Of a stretch of 64,000 nucleotides of DNA, positions 53,467 through 64,000 are shown piece by piece. Made by a program: the position numbers and the translations under genes. Source of the stretch: an uncultured Pseudobdellovibrionaceae bacterium (lineage in GTDB: Bacteria > Bdellovibrionota > Bdellovibrionia > Bdellovibrionales > UBA1609); contig CAWDNU010000001.1 of the NCBI GenBank assembly GCA_963803705.1, positions 224,001 through 288,000 on the forward strand. The letters run 5' to 3'. The notes beneath the pieces were generated by a model. It ran no database searches, was not told where the DNA came from, and worked only from the letters and a program-made list of their open reading frames with translations. The stretch's first letter is position 1. Every line of letters starts with the position of its first letter.

Positions 53467-54969
53467 TTAATACCTCATCATGCTTTTCTGGCGCGAACTA
53501 ATACGCCATTTTTTACCCTGTTTGAAATCAATCACTCTGCGACCTTGATTTTCTTTGTAAGCATTAATTGCAGCAGATATTAAAAAGACTTCGTCATCTA
53601 CATATTTAAAAAATGTTTTTGAGTCAGAAATAGCTAATTCTTTATCAACAAATTGGGTTGTATATGTACCACTTAAAAACTTTTCATGATCCAGAATGTT
53701 TTTTAATAAAATTACGTTTGTCTTTATACCGGCAACTGCAAATTCGGCCAGTGCTCGTTTCAAACGTGCTATACAGACGTTTCTGTCAGGGCCCCAGACG
53801 ATAAGTTTTCCTATCATAGGATCGTAATAAATTGGGACGTTACAACCGCTATATATATAAGAGTCAAATCTTACAAAAGGTCCCTGGGGTACTCGGCACC
53901 TAACTATTCGGCCGGCGCTAGGTAGGAAAGTCACTGGGTCTTCTGCGCAAATACGAAGTTCAATTGCGTGACCAGTTTGCTTAATTTCTTCTTGTTTAAA
54001 AGAAAAAGGTTGGCCTGCAGCTACCAAAATTTGTTCTTTTACTAAATCTACTCCGGTGACACCTTCTGTAACTGGGTGTTCGACTTGAAGCCTGGTGTTC
54101 ATTTCCATAAAAAAAAATTCTTTTGAATTGTTATCAAAAATAAATTCTACAGTGCCCGCTCCGATATAGTTGATAGACTTTCCAGCAGCGACTGCAACTT
54201 GGCCCATCTTTTCACGAATTTCATCTGATACAGATACGCTTGGTGACTCTTCTATTACTTTTTGATGGCGACGCTGCACAGAACATTCTCTATCATAAAG
54301 GTGAACAACATTGCCGTGCGAGTCACCAAAAATTTGAATCTCTATATGCTTTGGGTTTTGGATAAAACGCTCTATAAAAACAGTGTCGTCGTTGAAATAG
54401 TTTCTGCCCTCGGATTGGCAGGCATTAAAGGCATTCTTTAAATTTTTGGGATCCAGGACAACGCGGATGCCTTTTCCACCACCTCCGGCAGAGGCTTTAA
54501 TCATCACAGGATAGCCGATCGCTTTAGCTACCTCGACTGCTTCTTCGGCATTCGCTACTGCTCCCGGACTGCCAGGAACAACTGGAACGCCAACCTTTTC
54601 CATAAGGTTTCTGGAAGAAATTTTATCCCCCATCGCTTGAATATTTTTGACTGTTGCGCCAATGAACGTAACGTTGTTATCTTTTAGTGCCTGGGCAAAA
54701 TTTGCAGACTCGCTTAGGAATCCATATCCAGGATGTACGGCTTCGGCATTAGATTTTTTGACCACTTCTATAATCTTATCAATCCGCAAATAAGACTCGG
54801 TAGATGGTGCCGGCCCAATTTCGTAGGCTTCATCAGCAAACAACACGTGTTGGCTGTCTCGGTCTGCTTCGCTGTAGACAGCCACGGTTTCGATACCCAT
54901 TTCTCTGCACGCTCTTATTATGCGAATAGCAATTTCACCGCGATTTGCGATTAGAATTTTTTTGAACAT
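53467..54969 (-). CDS. Biotin carboxylase subunit (acetyl/propionyl-CoA carboxylase)
   Basis: ANRGEIA, HPGYGFLSE, GGGGKG, EMNTRLQVEHPVTE. Confidence 0.95.
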   Translation of the reverse strand: MFKKILIANRGEIAIRIIRACREMGIETVAVYSEADRDSQHVLFADEAYEIGPAPSTESYLRIDKIIEVVKKSNAEAVHPGYGFLSESANFAQALKDNNVTFIGATVKNIQAMGDKISSRNLMEKVGVPVVPGSPGAVANAEEAVEVAKAIGYPVMIKASAGGGGKGIRVVLDPKNLKNAFNACQSEGRNYFNDDTVFIERFIQNPKHIEIQIFGDSHGNVVHLYDRECSVQRRHQKVIEESPSVSVSDEIREKMGQVAVAAGKSINYIGAGTVEFIFDNNSKEFFFMEMNTRLQVEHPVTEGVTGVDLVKEQILVAAGQPFSFKQEEIKQTGHAIELRICAEDPVTFLPSAGRIVRCRVPQGPFVRFDSYIYSGCNVPIYYDPMIGKLIVWGPDRNVCIARLKRALAEFAVAGIKTNVILLKNILDHEKFLSGTYTTQFVDKELAISDSKTFFKYVDDEVFLISAAINAYKENQGRRVIDFKQGKKWRISSRQKSMMRY

Positions 54970-55017
54970 TATTTCTTCCCTTCAAATCAAAATTTTTTAT
55001 TTACAATTGTTTCTTGA

Positions 55018-56568
55018 TTATAATGGTATGCTTCCATGTTTTTTGCTTGGATTAATTTGGGTTTTATTAATTAACATTTCTAAAGAATCAATTAAACGAA
55101 CTCTAGTTTCAGAGGGCATAATCACTTCATCGATATAACCTAGCTCTGCTGCAACATAGGGATTGTTAAATTTTTCTTCATAGTTATTCATAATCTCTTT
55201 TTTGGTTTCTTCAGGCTTACTAGAGGTGGCAATATCTTTTCTAAATATAATATTAACGGCTCCTTCAGCGCCCATCACCGCGATCTCGGCGTTTGGATAG
55301 GCTAGATTAATATCCGCTCCGATATGTTTTGAAGCCATCACTATGTAAGCACCGCCATATGCCTTACGTGTTATCACGGTTATCTTTGGAACAGTGGCTT
55401 CGGAATACGCGTAAACCAATTTAGCTCCATGACTTATAATACCAGCCCATTCTTGGTCAGTGCCAGGCAAAAAACCTGGGACGTCCACAAAAGAAACAAC
55501 TGGGATATTGAAAGAGTCGCAGAAACGAATAAACCTGGCAGCTTTTCTGCTAGCCTCAATGTTTAAGCAACCGGCTAAATGATTTGGTTGATTTGCAACT
55601 ATACCCACGCTCCTACCGTTTAACCTACCGAAACCAACAAGAATATTTTCTGCATAATGAGGTTGAACTTCAAAAAAATAATTATCATCTAATACTTTAC
55701 GCACTAGTTCTTTCATGTCGTAAGGTTTTTTAGAATTTTCGGGAACCAAAGTATCCATTGAAGGATCGATACGGTCTGCTCTATCCTGGGTAAGAGCTCT
55801 TGGGGCATCATCCATATTGTTGCTTGGAATAAAGCTTATGAGTTCACGAATTAGCAGTAAAAGATGTTTATCGTTTTCAGCGGCAAAATGTGCAACTCCA
55901 GATTTAACATTGTGAGTCTGCGCTCCACCAAGCTCTTCTTTTGTGACCTCTTCATGCGTAACTGTTTTGATGACATCAGGACCAGTCACAAACATGTAGC
56001 TTGAATCTTTTACCATAAAGATAAAGTCTGTAAGAGCAGGGCTATAAACTGCTCCGCCAGCACATGGTCCCATGATAGCAGAAATTTGTGGGACAACACC
56101 GGAGTACTTTGTGTTTCTTAAAAAGATGTCTCCGTAACCGCCAAGGGCTTCGACTCCCTCTTGAATACGAGCTCCTCCAGAGTCGTTTATACCAATTACC
56201 GGTGCTCCATTTTGTGAAGCTAGATCCATAATTTTGCAGATTTTGTTGGCTGTGGTTCTGCTCATGCTTCCGCCATAAACCGTGAAGTCTTGAGAGTAGA
56301 CGTATACCAAACGCCCACTAATTCTTCCATAGCCAGTCACAATTCCGTCACCAGGAGTGTGGTTTTGATCCATTCCAAAATTTGTGCACTTATGGGTCAC
56401 AAAACGGTCGAGTTCTACGAAAGAGGCAGGATCAAGAAGAACATCAAGACGTTCTCTTGCAGTTAACCGACCACCCTTTTTGTGTTTAGATAACTTTTCT
56501 TGACCACCACCGTTGTAAGCTTCGGTATTCCGCTCATCTAAATTTTTAAATAAGTCTTGTGTTTCCAT
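55018..56568 (-). CDS. pccB: Acyl-CoA carboxylase carboxyltransferase beta subunit (PccB-like)
   Basis: [43 protein letters not shown]. Confidence 0.9.
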   Translation of the reverse strand: METQDLFKNLDERNTEAYNGGGQEKLSKHKKGGRLTARERLDVLLDPASFVELDRFVTHKCTNFGMDQNHTPGDGIVTGYGRISGRLVYVYSQDFTVYGGSMSRTTANKICKIMDLASQNGAPVIGINDSGGARIQEGVEALGGYGDIFLRNTKYSGVVPQISAIMGPCAGGAVYSPALTDFIFMVKDSSYMFVTGPDVIKTVTHEEVTKEELGGAQTHNVKSGVAHFAAENDKHLLLLIRELISFIPSNNMDDAPRALTQDRADRIDPSMDTLVPENSKKPYDMKELVRKVLDDNYFFEVQPHYAENILVGFGRLNGRSVGIVANQPNHLAGCLNIEASRKAARFIRFCDSFNIPVVSFVDVPGFLPGTDQEWAGIISHGAKLVYAYSEATVPKITVITRKAYGGAYIVMASKHIGADINLAYPNAEIAVMGAEGAVNIIFRKDIATSSKPEETKKEIMNNYEEKFNNPYVAAELGYIDEVIMPSETRVRLIDSLEMLINKTQINPSKKHGSIPL

Positions 56569-56645
56569 GCGCCCCTTTCGATATTCAGAATTAAATTTTA
56601 CAATAGAATCAATGGCCATCAAGTGCTAAATATATTAATAAAATA

Positions 56646-57941
56646 CTAAGGATATTTTCTTCCGTATAACCTTGGAAATGGAATACTTTCCCTAACGTGA
56701 GGAATTCCACAAATCCAAGCTACACACCTTTCTATACCCATACCGAAGCCGGAATGAGGAACAGACCCATACTTACGAAGATCTAAGTACCAGGCGAAAT
56801 CTTCAGGGTTTAAATTATGATCTTTTATCTTCTGTAAAAGGTTCTCATAGCTGTCCTCACGTTGGCCACCACCAATAAGTTCACCGTAACCTTCAGTTGC
56901 AAGTAAATCACAACTTAGCGATTGCTCTTTGTTATCTGGATCCTCTTTCATATAAAAAGCTTTAATAGCCTTAGGATAATTGTGCACGAACACTGGTTGA
57001 TCAAATTTTGAGCTTACAATTGTCTCATCTGTGCCCCCAAAATCATCACCAATTATAAATTCGGGATTTTCTTTTTTAATCATGCTTGCTGCTTCATTGT
57101 AATGGATTCTAGGGAAAGGCGCTTTGATGACTTCAAGCTTATTTATATCCCGCTCTAAAATATTTAGTTCGTCTTTTCTATTTTTAATCGTTCTTTGAAC
57201 AACATATTCTACAAACTCTTCAGCAAGTTCCATGTTGTCAGCTAAATTTGCAAAGGCTACTTCGGGCTCGACCATCCAGAATTCAATAAGGTGTCTACGT
57301 GTCTTAGACTTTTCAGCTCTGAATGTGGGGCCAAAGCAATAGACCTTGCCAAGCGCCATCGCAGTGGCTTCAGAATATAATTGGCCTGATTGTGATAAAT
57401 AAACTTTGTCATCGAAGTAATTGGTCTCGAACAAGGTGGAAGTACCCTCGCATGCATTTGGTGTGAAAATTGGCGCATCTGCCAAAATGAAACCTCTGTC
57501 ATCGAAAAAGCTTCGCACGGCATTTATGATTTCAGAACGAATGCGCAAAATTGCAACCTGTTTTCTTGAACGCAACCAAAGGTGTCGATTGTTCATTAAA
57601 AAATCAGTTCCATGCTCTTTAGGAGTTATCGGAAAATCTATAGACGGGGATATTATCTTGTAACTCTCTGCTGTGAGTTCAAAGCCACCTGGGCTTCTAG
57701 CCTCTTCTTTAACAACACCGAGCACTTCAACAGCTGTTTCCTGGGTCAAATCTTTGAAATTTTCAAAACCCTGGCTATCACATTCACCTTTGGCGAATAT
57801 GCACTGACACAGACCTGTTCCATCTCTTAAAACCAGAAATTTAATTTTGCCTGATGGGCGAGTGCGAGTGACCCAGCCTTTCAAAGATACCTTTTGGCTA
57901 ACCCTATCTTTTAGGTCCTCAATATATAAAAAATTTTTCAT
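56646..57941 (-). CDS. asnS: Asparaginyl-tRNA synthetase
   Basis: YLSQSGQLY, FRAEKSKTRRHL.EFWM.EPE, GFGMGIER. Confidence 0.96.
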   Translation of the reverse strand: MKNFLYIEDLKDRVSQKVSLKGWVTRTRPSGKIKFLVLRDGTGLCQCIFAKGECDSQGFENFKDLTQETAVEVLGVVKEEARSPGGFELTAESYKIISPSIDFPITPKEHGTDFLMNNRHLWLRSRKQVAILRIRSEIINAVRSFFDDRGFILADAPIFTPNACEGTSTLFETNYFDDKVYLSQSGQLYSEATAMALGKVYCFGPTFRAEKSKTRRHLIEFWMVEPEVAFANLADNMELAEEFVEYVVQRTIKNRKDELNILERDINKLEVIKAPFPRIHYNEAASMIKKENPEFIIGDDFGGTDETIVSSKFDQPVFVHNYPKAIKAFYMKEDPDNKEQSLSCDLLATEGYGELIGGGQREDSYENLLQKIKDHNLNPEDFAWYLDLRKYGSVPHSGFGMGIERCVAWICGIPHVRESIPFPRLYGRKYP

Positions 57942-58162
57942 ACAAAACTTATATAACACAAACTTAACTTTGGCCTGATTTTTGGTTGAAAATGACAGAA
58001 AAGGTCAAAGAGCTAAACCACCAACTAGCTTTTCAGGCCGCAGACTAAGACTTAGGTTGATTAAAATAACTAATTTTCTATTGATACCTAGTGAGGGATT
58101 CTGATCTGGAAACAGATCAAATCGTGATAATTCATAAAGCAAAGATTGCTTGCTCTAAAAAC

Positions 58163-58202
58163 AAATAGGCCAACTCCAATATTTAGCGAAGTTGGCCTAT
58201 TT
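58163..58202 (-). terminator. Intrinsic terminator after the 58221-58655 gene
   Basis: 13-bp stem AAATAGGCCAACT/AGTTGGCCTATTT. Confidence 0.75.
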
Positions 58203-58220
58203 TAAACTATTACTATAAGA

Positions 58221-58655
58221 CTATCTGCAAGAAGGCACAGTAACGCTGTAACTTCTAATTAAGTCGTTGCTTCCATCAGAAGACTGTCTGTACTCTTTAA
58301 CGTTAAGAGTTGAAGACTGGTTTAAAGCTACATTTTTGTAACCAATAATCATTGAATCATCACTGCCTGACTCGTAAACTGGAACCTGTCTAACAGATTT
58401 TGCAGGTTGAACTGCATCAACTGAAGCATACTGACGGCAATCACCACGATCGTCAGAAGAATTGCTATCATACTTCACACATTTTTTTACAGTTGCATGA
58501 AATGCTGAACCATCGAAACACAATGATTTGCTGTAAACAGCACTCACAAACGCACTTTCTTTTTGGAAAAGTATTTTGTCTCCTGTTATCATTGAAGATG
58601 CGAATGCAGTTGATGAGAAAGCTAACACTACCAAAGTTCCTATAATTTTTTTCAT
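58221..58655 (-). CDS. Secreted Cys-containing hypothetical protein (paralogue 1)
   Basis: MKK signal peptide ending AFA; AAGGGG RBS. Confidence 0.85.
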   Translation of the reverse strand: MKKIIGTLVVLAFSSTAFASSMITGDKILFQKESAFVSAVYSKSLCFDGSAFHATVKKCVKYDSNSSDDRGDCRQYASVDAVQPAKSVRQVPVYESGSDDSMIIGYKNVALNQSSTLNVKEYRQSSDGSNDLIRSYSVTVPSCR

Positions 58656-59102
58656 TTTATCCCCTTATTTGGATTGTTGTTATAATTTTTATTACTACTT
58701 ACTTTATCCCTTTCAAAAAACGCAGATGCTTTAAAACTAGCCAGGCAACTGCATTTAACGTGCTGCAAGTGTCTCGAACGAATTTATCAAAGTCAAAAAA
58801 TTATTTTTCACGTGCTTGCAGCAAAAGTCATCGCGTATGTCTTGACGCCTTCAAACGGAACTTGCCCTACTTAGAAGCTTCACGGTGCGATAAAGTTACG
58901 CTTAATGTGAAATAATGATTACGCAAGATGAGATAAAAAAGAAATAGATGCTTAAAATACGACCTAAAAAATAAAGAAAAAATTCCTAATAAAACTGAGC
59001 ATAAGTTTAAGCTGTGCAGAAAAAAAAATGCATTAGGTCAAAAAGCTTAGCAAAATTTAAAATTTCATGTCTATAATCTAAGCTACTTGCTGGGGAGGGG
59101 TT

Positions 59103-59537
59103 TTGCGCTTATCGATGTTTTACCTTTATTTGATCTGTTGTATTTTTGTGGGCCCCAGCAATGTATACGCAGGAGAGTTTACTAACTTTGGAAAAATGCT
59201 TTTTCAAAAAGCCGACACATGGGTAGATGCCAATGACATCTGTTACAGCGATCAGAATTATTATCATATAAACAAGGAATATATTGAAAAGGTTAGATGT
59301 AGTGGGTCTGATGATTCTAACTGCGAAGTTTGGAAGCTTATTCCGTTGGTCCAACCTTCTAAAACTGCCAAGTTCTTCTGTGCGGCTAAAACTGAAGGTG
59401 GTTGCACAAGCACTCCTGCTAACAGCTTAACTAACATTCCTTACTTACGGTACGACGTGTACAGGAATAGAAAGTCATTTGCGGCAAATGAGCGGCCTGT
59501 AAGGTCTGGATGGTATTTGGTGCCCAGTTGCAACTAG
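59103..59537 (+). CDS. Secreted Cys-containing hypothetical protein (paralogue 2)
   Basis: Signal peptide ending VYA; shares K.LFQK, SDD..C, VQP.K and VPSC with paralogue 1. Confidence 0.8.
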   Translation: MRLSMFYLYLICCIFVGPSNVYAGEFTNFGKMLFQKADTWVDANDICYSDQNYYHINKEYIEKVRCSGSDDSNCEVWKLIPLVQPSKTAKFFCAAKTEGGCTSTPANSLTNIPYLRYDVYRNRKSFAANERPVRSGWYLVPSCN

Positions 59538-59547
59538 GAACTAAAAT

Positions 59548-60381
59548 ATGAATTTAGAAAAAGAACCTAAGACTTCCTTGGACGTAACTTCAATTCAAGC
59601 CGAATTGAGTTCAGTTTTACAAGAGTTTCTTCGCTCGAAACCTAACGAGACTATCGGGTCATTGAGCAAAAGATGTTCAGTAAGTGAGGCCACCTTAAGG
59701 CGAGTTTATAGAAAAAAATTAAAGTCGGTGCCAACCACGTCAACTATTTTGGATTTGTTGAGCGTGCTTAGCGGAGCATCCTCAATACCGGAAATCATTC
59801 GTAATTATCCTGGCGTGCTGGCGGCATACCTAAGTTCAGCTTTACCAGATGCTCAGGTTTTAGGTGTCACTTATGATGTAAAGCTAAATGACGAATTAGA
59901 AAATTCAACTACCTATCTGATTTATAAGCTTTCTTCGAATAAGTCTGGGGTTACTTTAAAAAAAGTTCAAAAATTGTTCGGAGACTCTGGACTGGTGCTA
60001 TTAAAAGAGCTTGAGGCCAATGGTTTTATCACAGATTTTGAGCAAGGTATTTACAGAAGTACCAGTAAACATTTTCAACCAAATCAAAATTCTTTTGTTC
60101 GTAATTTTAAGGCAGTAGCAAGTTTTATAGAGGCCTCTAATCCTCGGTCTATCAATGGTCTAAACCTTATTAAGATCAACTATTCAGAGTCAGTCACAGA
60201 AAAAACTCTTAAAGAAATTGTAAAGATTCAAAGAAAAGCAAATGAAAAAATCAGGGACTTGCTGGCAAAATCTGACCCAGAAGGGGACATCCCAATTTTT
60301 GTTCTTGGAGCTATAGATACCCTAGATACAGAGTCGATAGATAGTTTGACTAGCAAAAAATCCCCAAGATTGAATCAGTAG
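59548..60381 (+). CDS. Putative HTH DNA-binding protein (TIGR02147/DUF4423-like architecture)
   Basis: IGSLSKRCSVSEATLRRV Xre-type HTH; central winged-helix-like LKELEANGFI segment. Confidence 0.6.
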   Translation: MNLEKEPKTSLDVTSIQAELSSVLQEFLRSKPNETIGSLSKRCSVSEATLRRVYRKKLKSVPTTSTILDLLSVLSGASSIPEIIRNYPGVLAAYLSSALPDAQVLGVTYDVKLNDELENSTTYLIYKLSSNKSGVTLKKVQKLFGDSGLVLLKELEANGFITDFEQGIYRSTSKHFQPNQNSFVRNFKAVASFIEASNPRSINGLNLIKINYSESVTEKTLKEIVKIQRKANEKIRDLLAKSDPEGDIPIFVLGAIDTLDTESIDSLTSKKSPRLNQ

Positions 60382-60387
60382 TAAAAT

Positions 60388-61206
60388 TTAATCTTCTAAA
60401 TCTTTAATAAAGTTTATCAAAAACTTTGAAAACTGACTTTCGACTTTGCCAGCTACATCCTGAACTTCTTTATGATTTAGTTTTTCGCCGGTGATACCTG
60501 CCGCCAAATTAGTAATACAACTAATGCCTGCCACCTTTAATCCAAAATGGTTTGCAGCTATGCACTCTGGAACAGTAGACATACCAACTGCTGATCCACC
60601 TATAGTTTTCAAGTATCTTATCTCGGCAGGAGTTTCGTATGTTGGCCCGGTAACCCCACAGTAAACACCCTCATGAAATCGAATTCCTAAATCTTCGAAA
60701 TGTTTGCGCATCTTAACTATTAATTTTGGATCGTAAGCATAAGTCATATCGGGAAATCTAGGTCCAAATTTTTCAATGTTTGGGCCTTTTAGTGGGTGAT
60801 CTCCGAACAGGTTGATATGGTCATTAATAATCATAAAGTCACCGGGCTTCATTATGTTTTGAATACCACCGGATGAGTTTGAAAGTACTAATGTCTGTAT
60901 TCCCAGCATGGCTAAGACTCGGGTTGGAAACACGACCTCTTCCATCGTGTAGCCCTCATAATAGTGAATGCGCCCCTGCAACGCAGCTACAGGCTTACCA
61001 CCAAGATGTCCTAGAACTAATTTGCCTGAGTGACCCTCTACAGTGGTTTGGGGAAAATCTGGAATTTCTGAAAAAAGTATTTCAGTTTCCACGTCGATAG
61101 TGCTGGCCATGGAATTAAGGCCAGATCCTAATGTTATACCCACTGATGGATTAACAGAAGATTTAGAGCGGATGAAATCAACAGCAGTCGAAATTTTAGA
61201 AATCAT
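60388..61206 (-). CDS. punA: Purine-nucleoside phosphorylase (trimeric, PunA type)
   Basis: LGSGL, GR.HYYEG, GPTYETPAE, VGMSTVPE, TNLAAG. Confidence 0.93.
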   Translation of the reverse strand: MISKISTAVDFIRSKSSVNPSVGITLGSGLNSMASTIDVETEILFSEIPDFPQTTVEGHSGKLVLGHLGGKPVAALQGRIHYYEGYTMEEVVFPTRVLAMLGIQTLVLSNSSGGIQNIMKPGDFMIINDHINLFGDHPLKGPNIEKFGPRFPDMTYAYDPKLIVKMRKHFEDLGIRFHEGVYCGVTGPTYETPAEIRYLKTIGGSAVGMSTVPECIAANHFGLKVAGISCITNLAAGITGEKLNHKEVQDVAGKVESQFSKFLINFIKDLED

Positions 61207-61283
61207 AGTTTTAGTCCTTGTTATCTTAACTCAGCTAGCCCACTTCGTTTAGCTCTGCAATCTTACTTCAATATCTGAAAAGA

Positions 61284-62699
61284 CTAGAATTCAAAAAAAT
61301 CAGTCTTCAAATGAACATTCAAATAATCTTTACCATCAAAGGCTAGAACTTCATTTATTAAGTCACCAAATTGAAAATGTTCAAGAGTTTCAAAGTCTTT
61401 TAACTGTTTATCAGGCTTTATTTGAAATCCTAAATTAAGTTTTTCTAAGCAAGCTTTTAATTTTGCTTCATCGTTGTAGAAAATATCAAATAGATTTTCT
61501 GACTTTTTGACTAGCTCACCTTGCTTTTTATAGCAGTAAAACCCTACATCTAAATCAAGAGTGTCTTCTTGAGTTTGGCGCCCAGCACCTAATGCAACAG
61601 AGGCAAAACCTAACTCTTTAACATCAATATAATTCATATGTCCTGGATTATCTGCAGTAATTGTTAATTTTTGAGCATCAATCTGAGATTCAATATTTCC
61701 TGATTCATAAGAATTTTTAGTTTTGAAAAAGTCTGACAAATTGCCCTCTTGGGTTTCAACTATTTCAACAAATTTAAGAAAAGCTTTACCAGAGAAAAGC
61801 TGATCATATACTTTCTGAAAATTATTCTTCAGTTTTGATTCTGGGTTAATCGAGGTCAGCATTAAAGCAGAAATTAGTAACGAAAGAACTATATTGTCTT
61901 CATATTTTTCAAATACATCCTCAGGATTTCTCAAGATTTCTAAACACTCTAATACTTCCAATTTATTCCCTACGTACCTTCCTAAAGGCTGATTCATAGA
62001 GCTTAAAACCCCGTAAGTTTTAATTTGGTTAGCCTGGCCGATGTTTATCAACTTTTTTGCTAAACTTTTCGCATCTTCTAATTGATTCATAAAAGCACCT
62101 GTCCCGAATTTAACGTCCAGAACCAGTCCCTTCAACCCTTCGGCAATTTTTTTACTCATTATACTTGAACATATTAAAGGTACGTTCGCTACAGTATGGG
62201 TTGCATCTCTAAGAGCATAAAGACGTTTATCAGCAGGACAAAAGTTCTCGCTTTGTCCCATAATACAAACTCCATTTTTTTCAACGAGATTTTTAAATTT
62301 TTTTACATCATAATTAGTCCGAAGCCCTATGCTTTCCAGCTTATCTATAGTGCCGCCAGTGTGTCCTAATCCGCGACCTGCCATCATTGGTACGCTGTAA
62401 CCTAAAGAGGCTACCAAAGGGGCAATGATAATACTGGTTTTATCCCCAACTCCACCGGTGCTGTGCTTATCGACAGTAGCCATTGACCAAGTCAATTTTT
62501 CTCCAGAGTTACATAGAGCTTCAGTCAAAAAAGACGTTTCTTCTTCAGACAACTGGTTCAAAAAAACTGTCCCAAGCCAAGTAGATATCTGATAGTCAGG
62601 AACTAGCTCTTTCGTAAACTGGTCCACGAGCCAGAAAATTTCGCTTTTACTAAGTTTAATTTTCTTCTGAGATTTATCTAAAATATCGTAAATATTCAT
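61284..62699 (-). CDS. Thymidine/pyrimidine-nucleoside phosphorylase
   Basis: DKHSTGGVGDK, GRGLGHTGGTIDKLESI, SIMSKK, LDVKFGTGAFM. Confidence 0.93.
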   Translation of the reverse strand: MNIYDILDKSQKKIKLSKSEIFWLVDQFTKELVPDYQISTWLGTVFLNQLSEEETSFLTEALCNSGEKLTWSMATVDKHSTGGVGDKTSIIIAPLVASLGYSVPMMAGRGLGHTGGTIDKLESIGLRTNYDVKKFKNLVEKNGVCIMGQSENFCPADKRLYALRDATHTVANVPLICSSIMSKKIAEGLKGLVLDVKFGTGAFMNQLEDAKSLAKKLINIGQANQIKTYGVLSSMNQPLGRYVGNKLEVLECLEILRNPEDVFEKYEDNIVLSLLISALMLTSINPESKLKNNFQKVYDQLFSGKAFLKFVEIVETQEGNLSDFFKTKNSYESGNIESQIDAQKLTITADNPGHMNYIDVKELGFASVALGAGRQTQEDTLDLDVGFYCYKKQGELVKKSENLFDIFYNDEAKLKACLEKLNLGFQIKPDKQLKDFETLEHFQFGDLINEVLAFDGKDYLNVHLKTDFFEF

Positions 62700-62721
62700 G
62701 CTCGAGTCTCTTTCATAAAAT

Positions 62722-63369
62722 TTATTTTTTCTCTTCATGTAGTATTTTTAAACTAGATGAACATCCCAATCTGTTAGCGCCGGCATCTAGAAACGCTGAT
62801 GCGGACTTGTAACTACTTATTCCACCACTGGCCTTTATTTTAATTGAGTGACCAACACATTTTTTCATAAGCTCAACATCTTCAATACGAGCACCTACTT
62901 TGTAGAAGCCTGTGGACGTCTTAATAAAATCCAAACCTGCTGCAATGCTAAGGTCGCAAAGTTTCGAGATCTCGTCGACAGTTAAAGCTCCAGTTTCCAA
63001 GATAGCCTTTAAATTAACTTGGGGTGCTGCATCCCTAATTGATTTGAACTCATCCTTAATGCGATCAAACTTACCAGATTTCGCCCACGACAAATTAGAC
63101 ACAAAATCAATCTCATCGACACCGATTTTTACCATACTATGCACTTCGCATAATTTGTCTTGGGTCAAACTATATCCTAATGGAAAGCCAACAACTGTAG
63201 CTAGCTTAACTTGTGACCCATCAATTATCTTTTTACAAAAATAAGTCCAAGTAGGAGGCACACATATAGCCTTTAAATTGTACTCAATTGCCTCCAAAGC
63301 AAGCTTTGAATACTCGGTTTCTGTTGCAGTCGGACTCAGCAAAGTGTGGTCAATATATTTGCCGATCAT
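62722..63369 (-). CDS. deoC: Deoxyribose-phosphate aldolase
   Basis: IDHTLL, VVGFPLG, FIKTSTGF, KASGGI. Confidence 0.96.
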   Translation of the reverse strand: MIGKYIDHTLLSPTATETEYSKLALEAIEYNLKAICVPPTWTYFCKKIIDGSQVKLATVVGFPLGYSLTQDKLCEVHSMVKIGVDEIDFVSNLSWAKSGKFDRIKDEFKSIRDAAPQVNLKAILETGALTVDEISKLCDLSIAAGLDFIKTSTGFYKVGARIEDVELMKKCVGHSIKIKASGGISSYKSASAFLDAGANRLGCSSSLKILHEEKK

Positions 63370-63486
63370 AAAAAAACCCCAAAGTAGCAGACTCGTAAAG
63401 ACTAATACGCTTTGAAAGCTGAAGGCAATAGTATTGATACTTTATCAAAGGCGTAAGCTAGATTATTGACTTGGCGTTTTATTTTA

Positions 63487-64000
63487 CTAACTAGCTTTAG
63501 AAAACATTGTTGGTTTTTTACCCATCGAATGCATCACCTCTAGCGCATCCTCGTGTTTAATAAGTTTGGCATCAACTAGTTGTTTAAGATGCATCTCAAG
63601 GGGTAGCATACCCTGTTTTACGTTAGTCTGCATCACAGACGGAATTTGGAAGGTCTTTCCTTCACGAATTAAATTTGCTACAGCAGAATTGTTCATAAGT
63701 ACTTCGATCGCAGCCACTCGTCCAGTGCCTTTCGCATTTTTAAGTAAATGTTGAGAGACTACACCTCTTAAGCTTTCCCCCAACATAGCTTGTATTTGTT
63801 TTTGTTGAGCATGGGGAAAAATATCAATAATTCTATCTAAAGTTTTTGAAGCACCATTTGTGTGAAGAGTTGCGAACACAACATGACCTGTCTCAGCAGC
63901 ACTGATTGCAAGCTGGGTTGTTTCTAAATCTCTAAGCTCGCCGACTAGAATTACATCAGGATCTTCACGAAGAGCTGCTTTCAAGGCATTTGCAAAGCTG
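63487..64000 (-). CDS. pilT: Type IV pilus retraction ATPase, 3' part (runs off the window)
   Basis: [35 protein letters not shown]. Confidence 0.9.
   Translation of the reverse strand, partial: SFANALKAALREDPDVILVGELRDLETTQLAISAAETGHVVFATLHTNGASKTLDRIIDIFPHAQQKQIQAMLGESLRGVVSQHLLKNAKGTGRVAAIEVLMNNSAVANLIREGKTFQIPSVMQTNVKQGMLPLEMHLKQLVDAKLIKHEDALEVMHSMGKKPTMFSKAS

Noticed and set aside
58874..58912. GAAGCTTCACGGTGCGAT resembling array A/B units
   Set aside because: Lacks the loop and GTGRAAC at the correct spacing; single copy, compatible with chance

Overview
AT-rich core-chromosome segment of a Bdellovibrionota-like (predatory, Oligoflexia/Bdellovibrionia-type) bacterium. The assignment is inferred from a near-identical homologue of the Bdellovibrio histone Bd0055/HBb next to ligA, a membrane-arm-only nuoAHJKLMN operon, and typical lineage proteins. 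Most of the window is housekeeping: nuo, lon, hemW-grpE-dnaJ, tatBC, ligA, gatCAB, rho-rpmE-prfA-prmC-murA, serS, sppA, tRNA-Ser, mscL, pfkA, an acyl-CoA carboxylase, asnS, nucleoside salvage genes and a partial pilT. The first ~13.4 kb carries single-base insertions that break essential genes and are probably contig-end consensus errors. The main unexplained signal is non-coding: three dispersed tandem arrays (25801-26050, 30324-30448, 42300-42495) with different sequences but an identical 36-nt unit and a shared architecture (7 nt, 4-bp covarying stem with a G...A loop, exactly 5 nt, GTGRAAC, length-compensating tail). All three have the same decay polarity and point into a downstream gene. 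Other notable items: an 81-bp perfect palindrome built from a 26-28 bp element that recurs at the murA stop, phased A-tracts before the histone gene, sigma54- and FliA-type promoters, a C-rich 3' UTR, a prion-like Rho, a putative trans-envelope LysM protein, and a divergent pair of secreted paralogues with an HTH regulator. No cas, transposase or integrase gene is seen.
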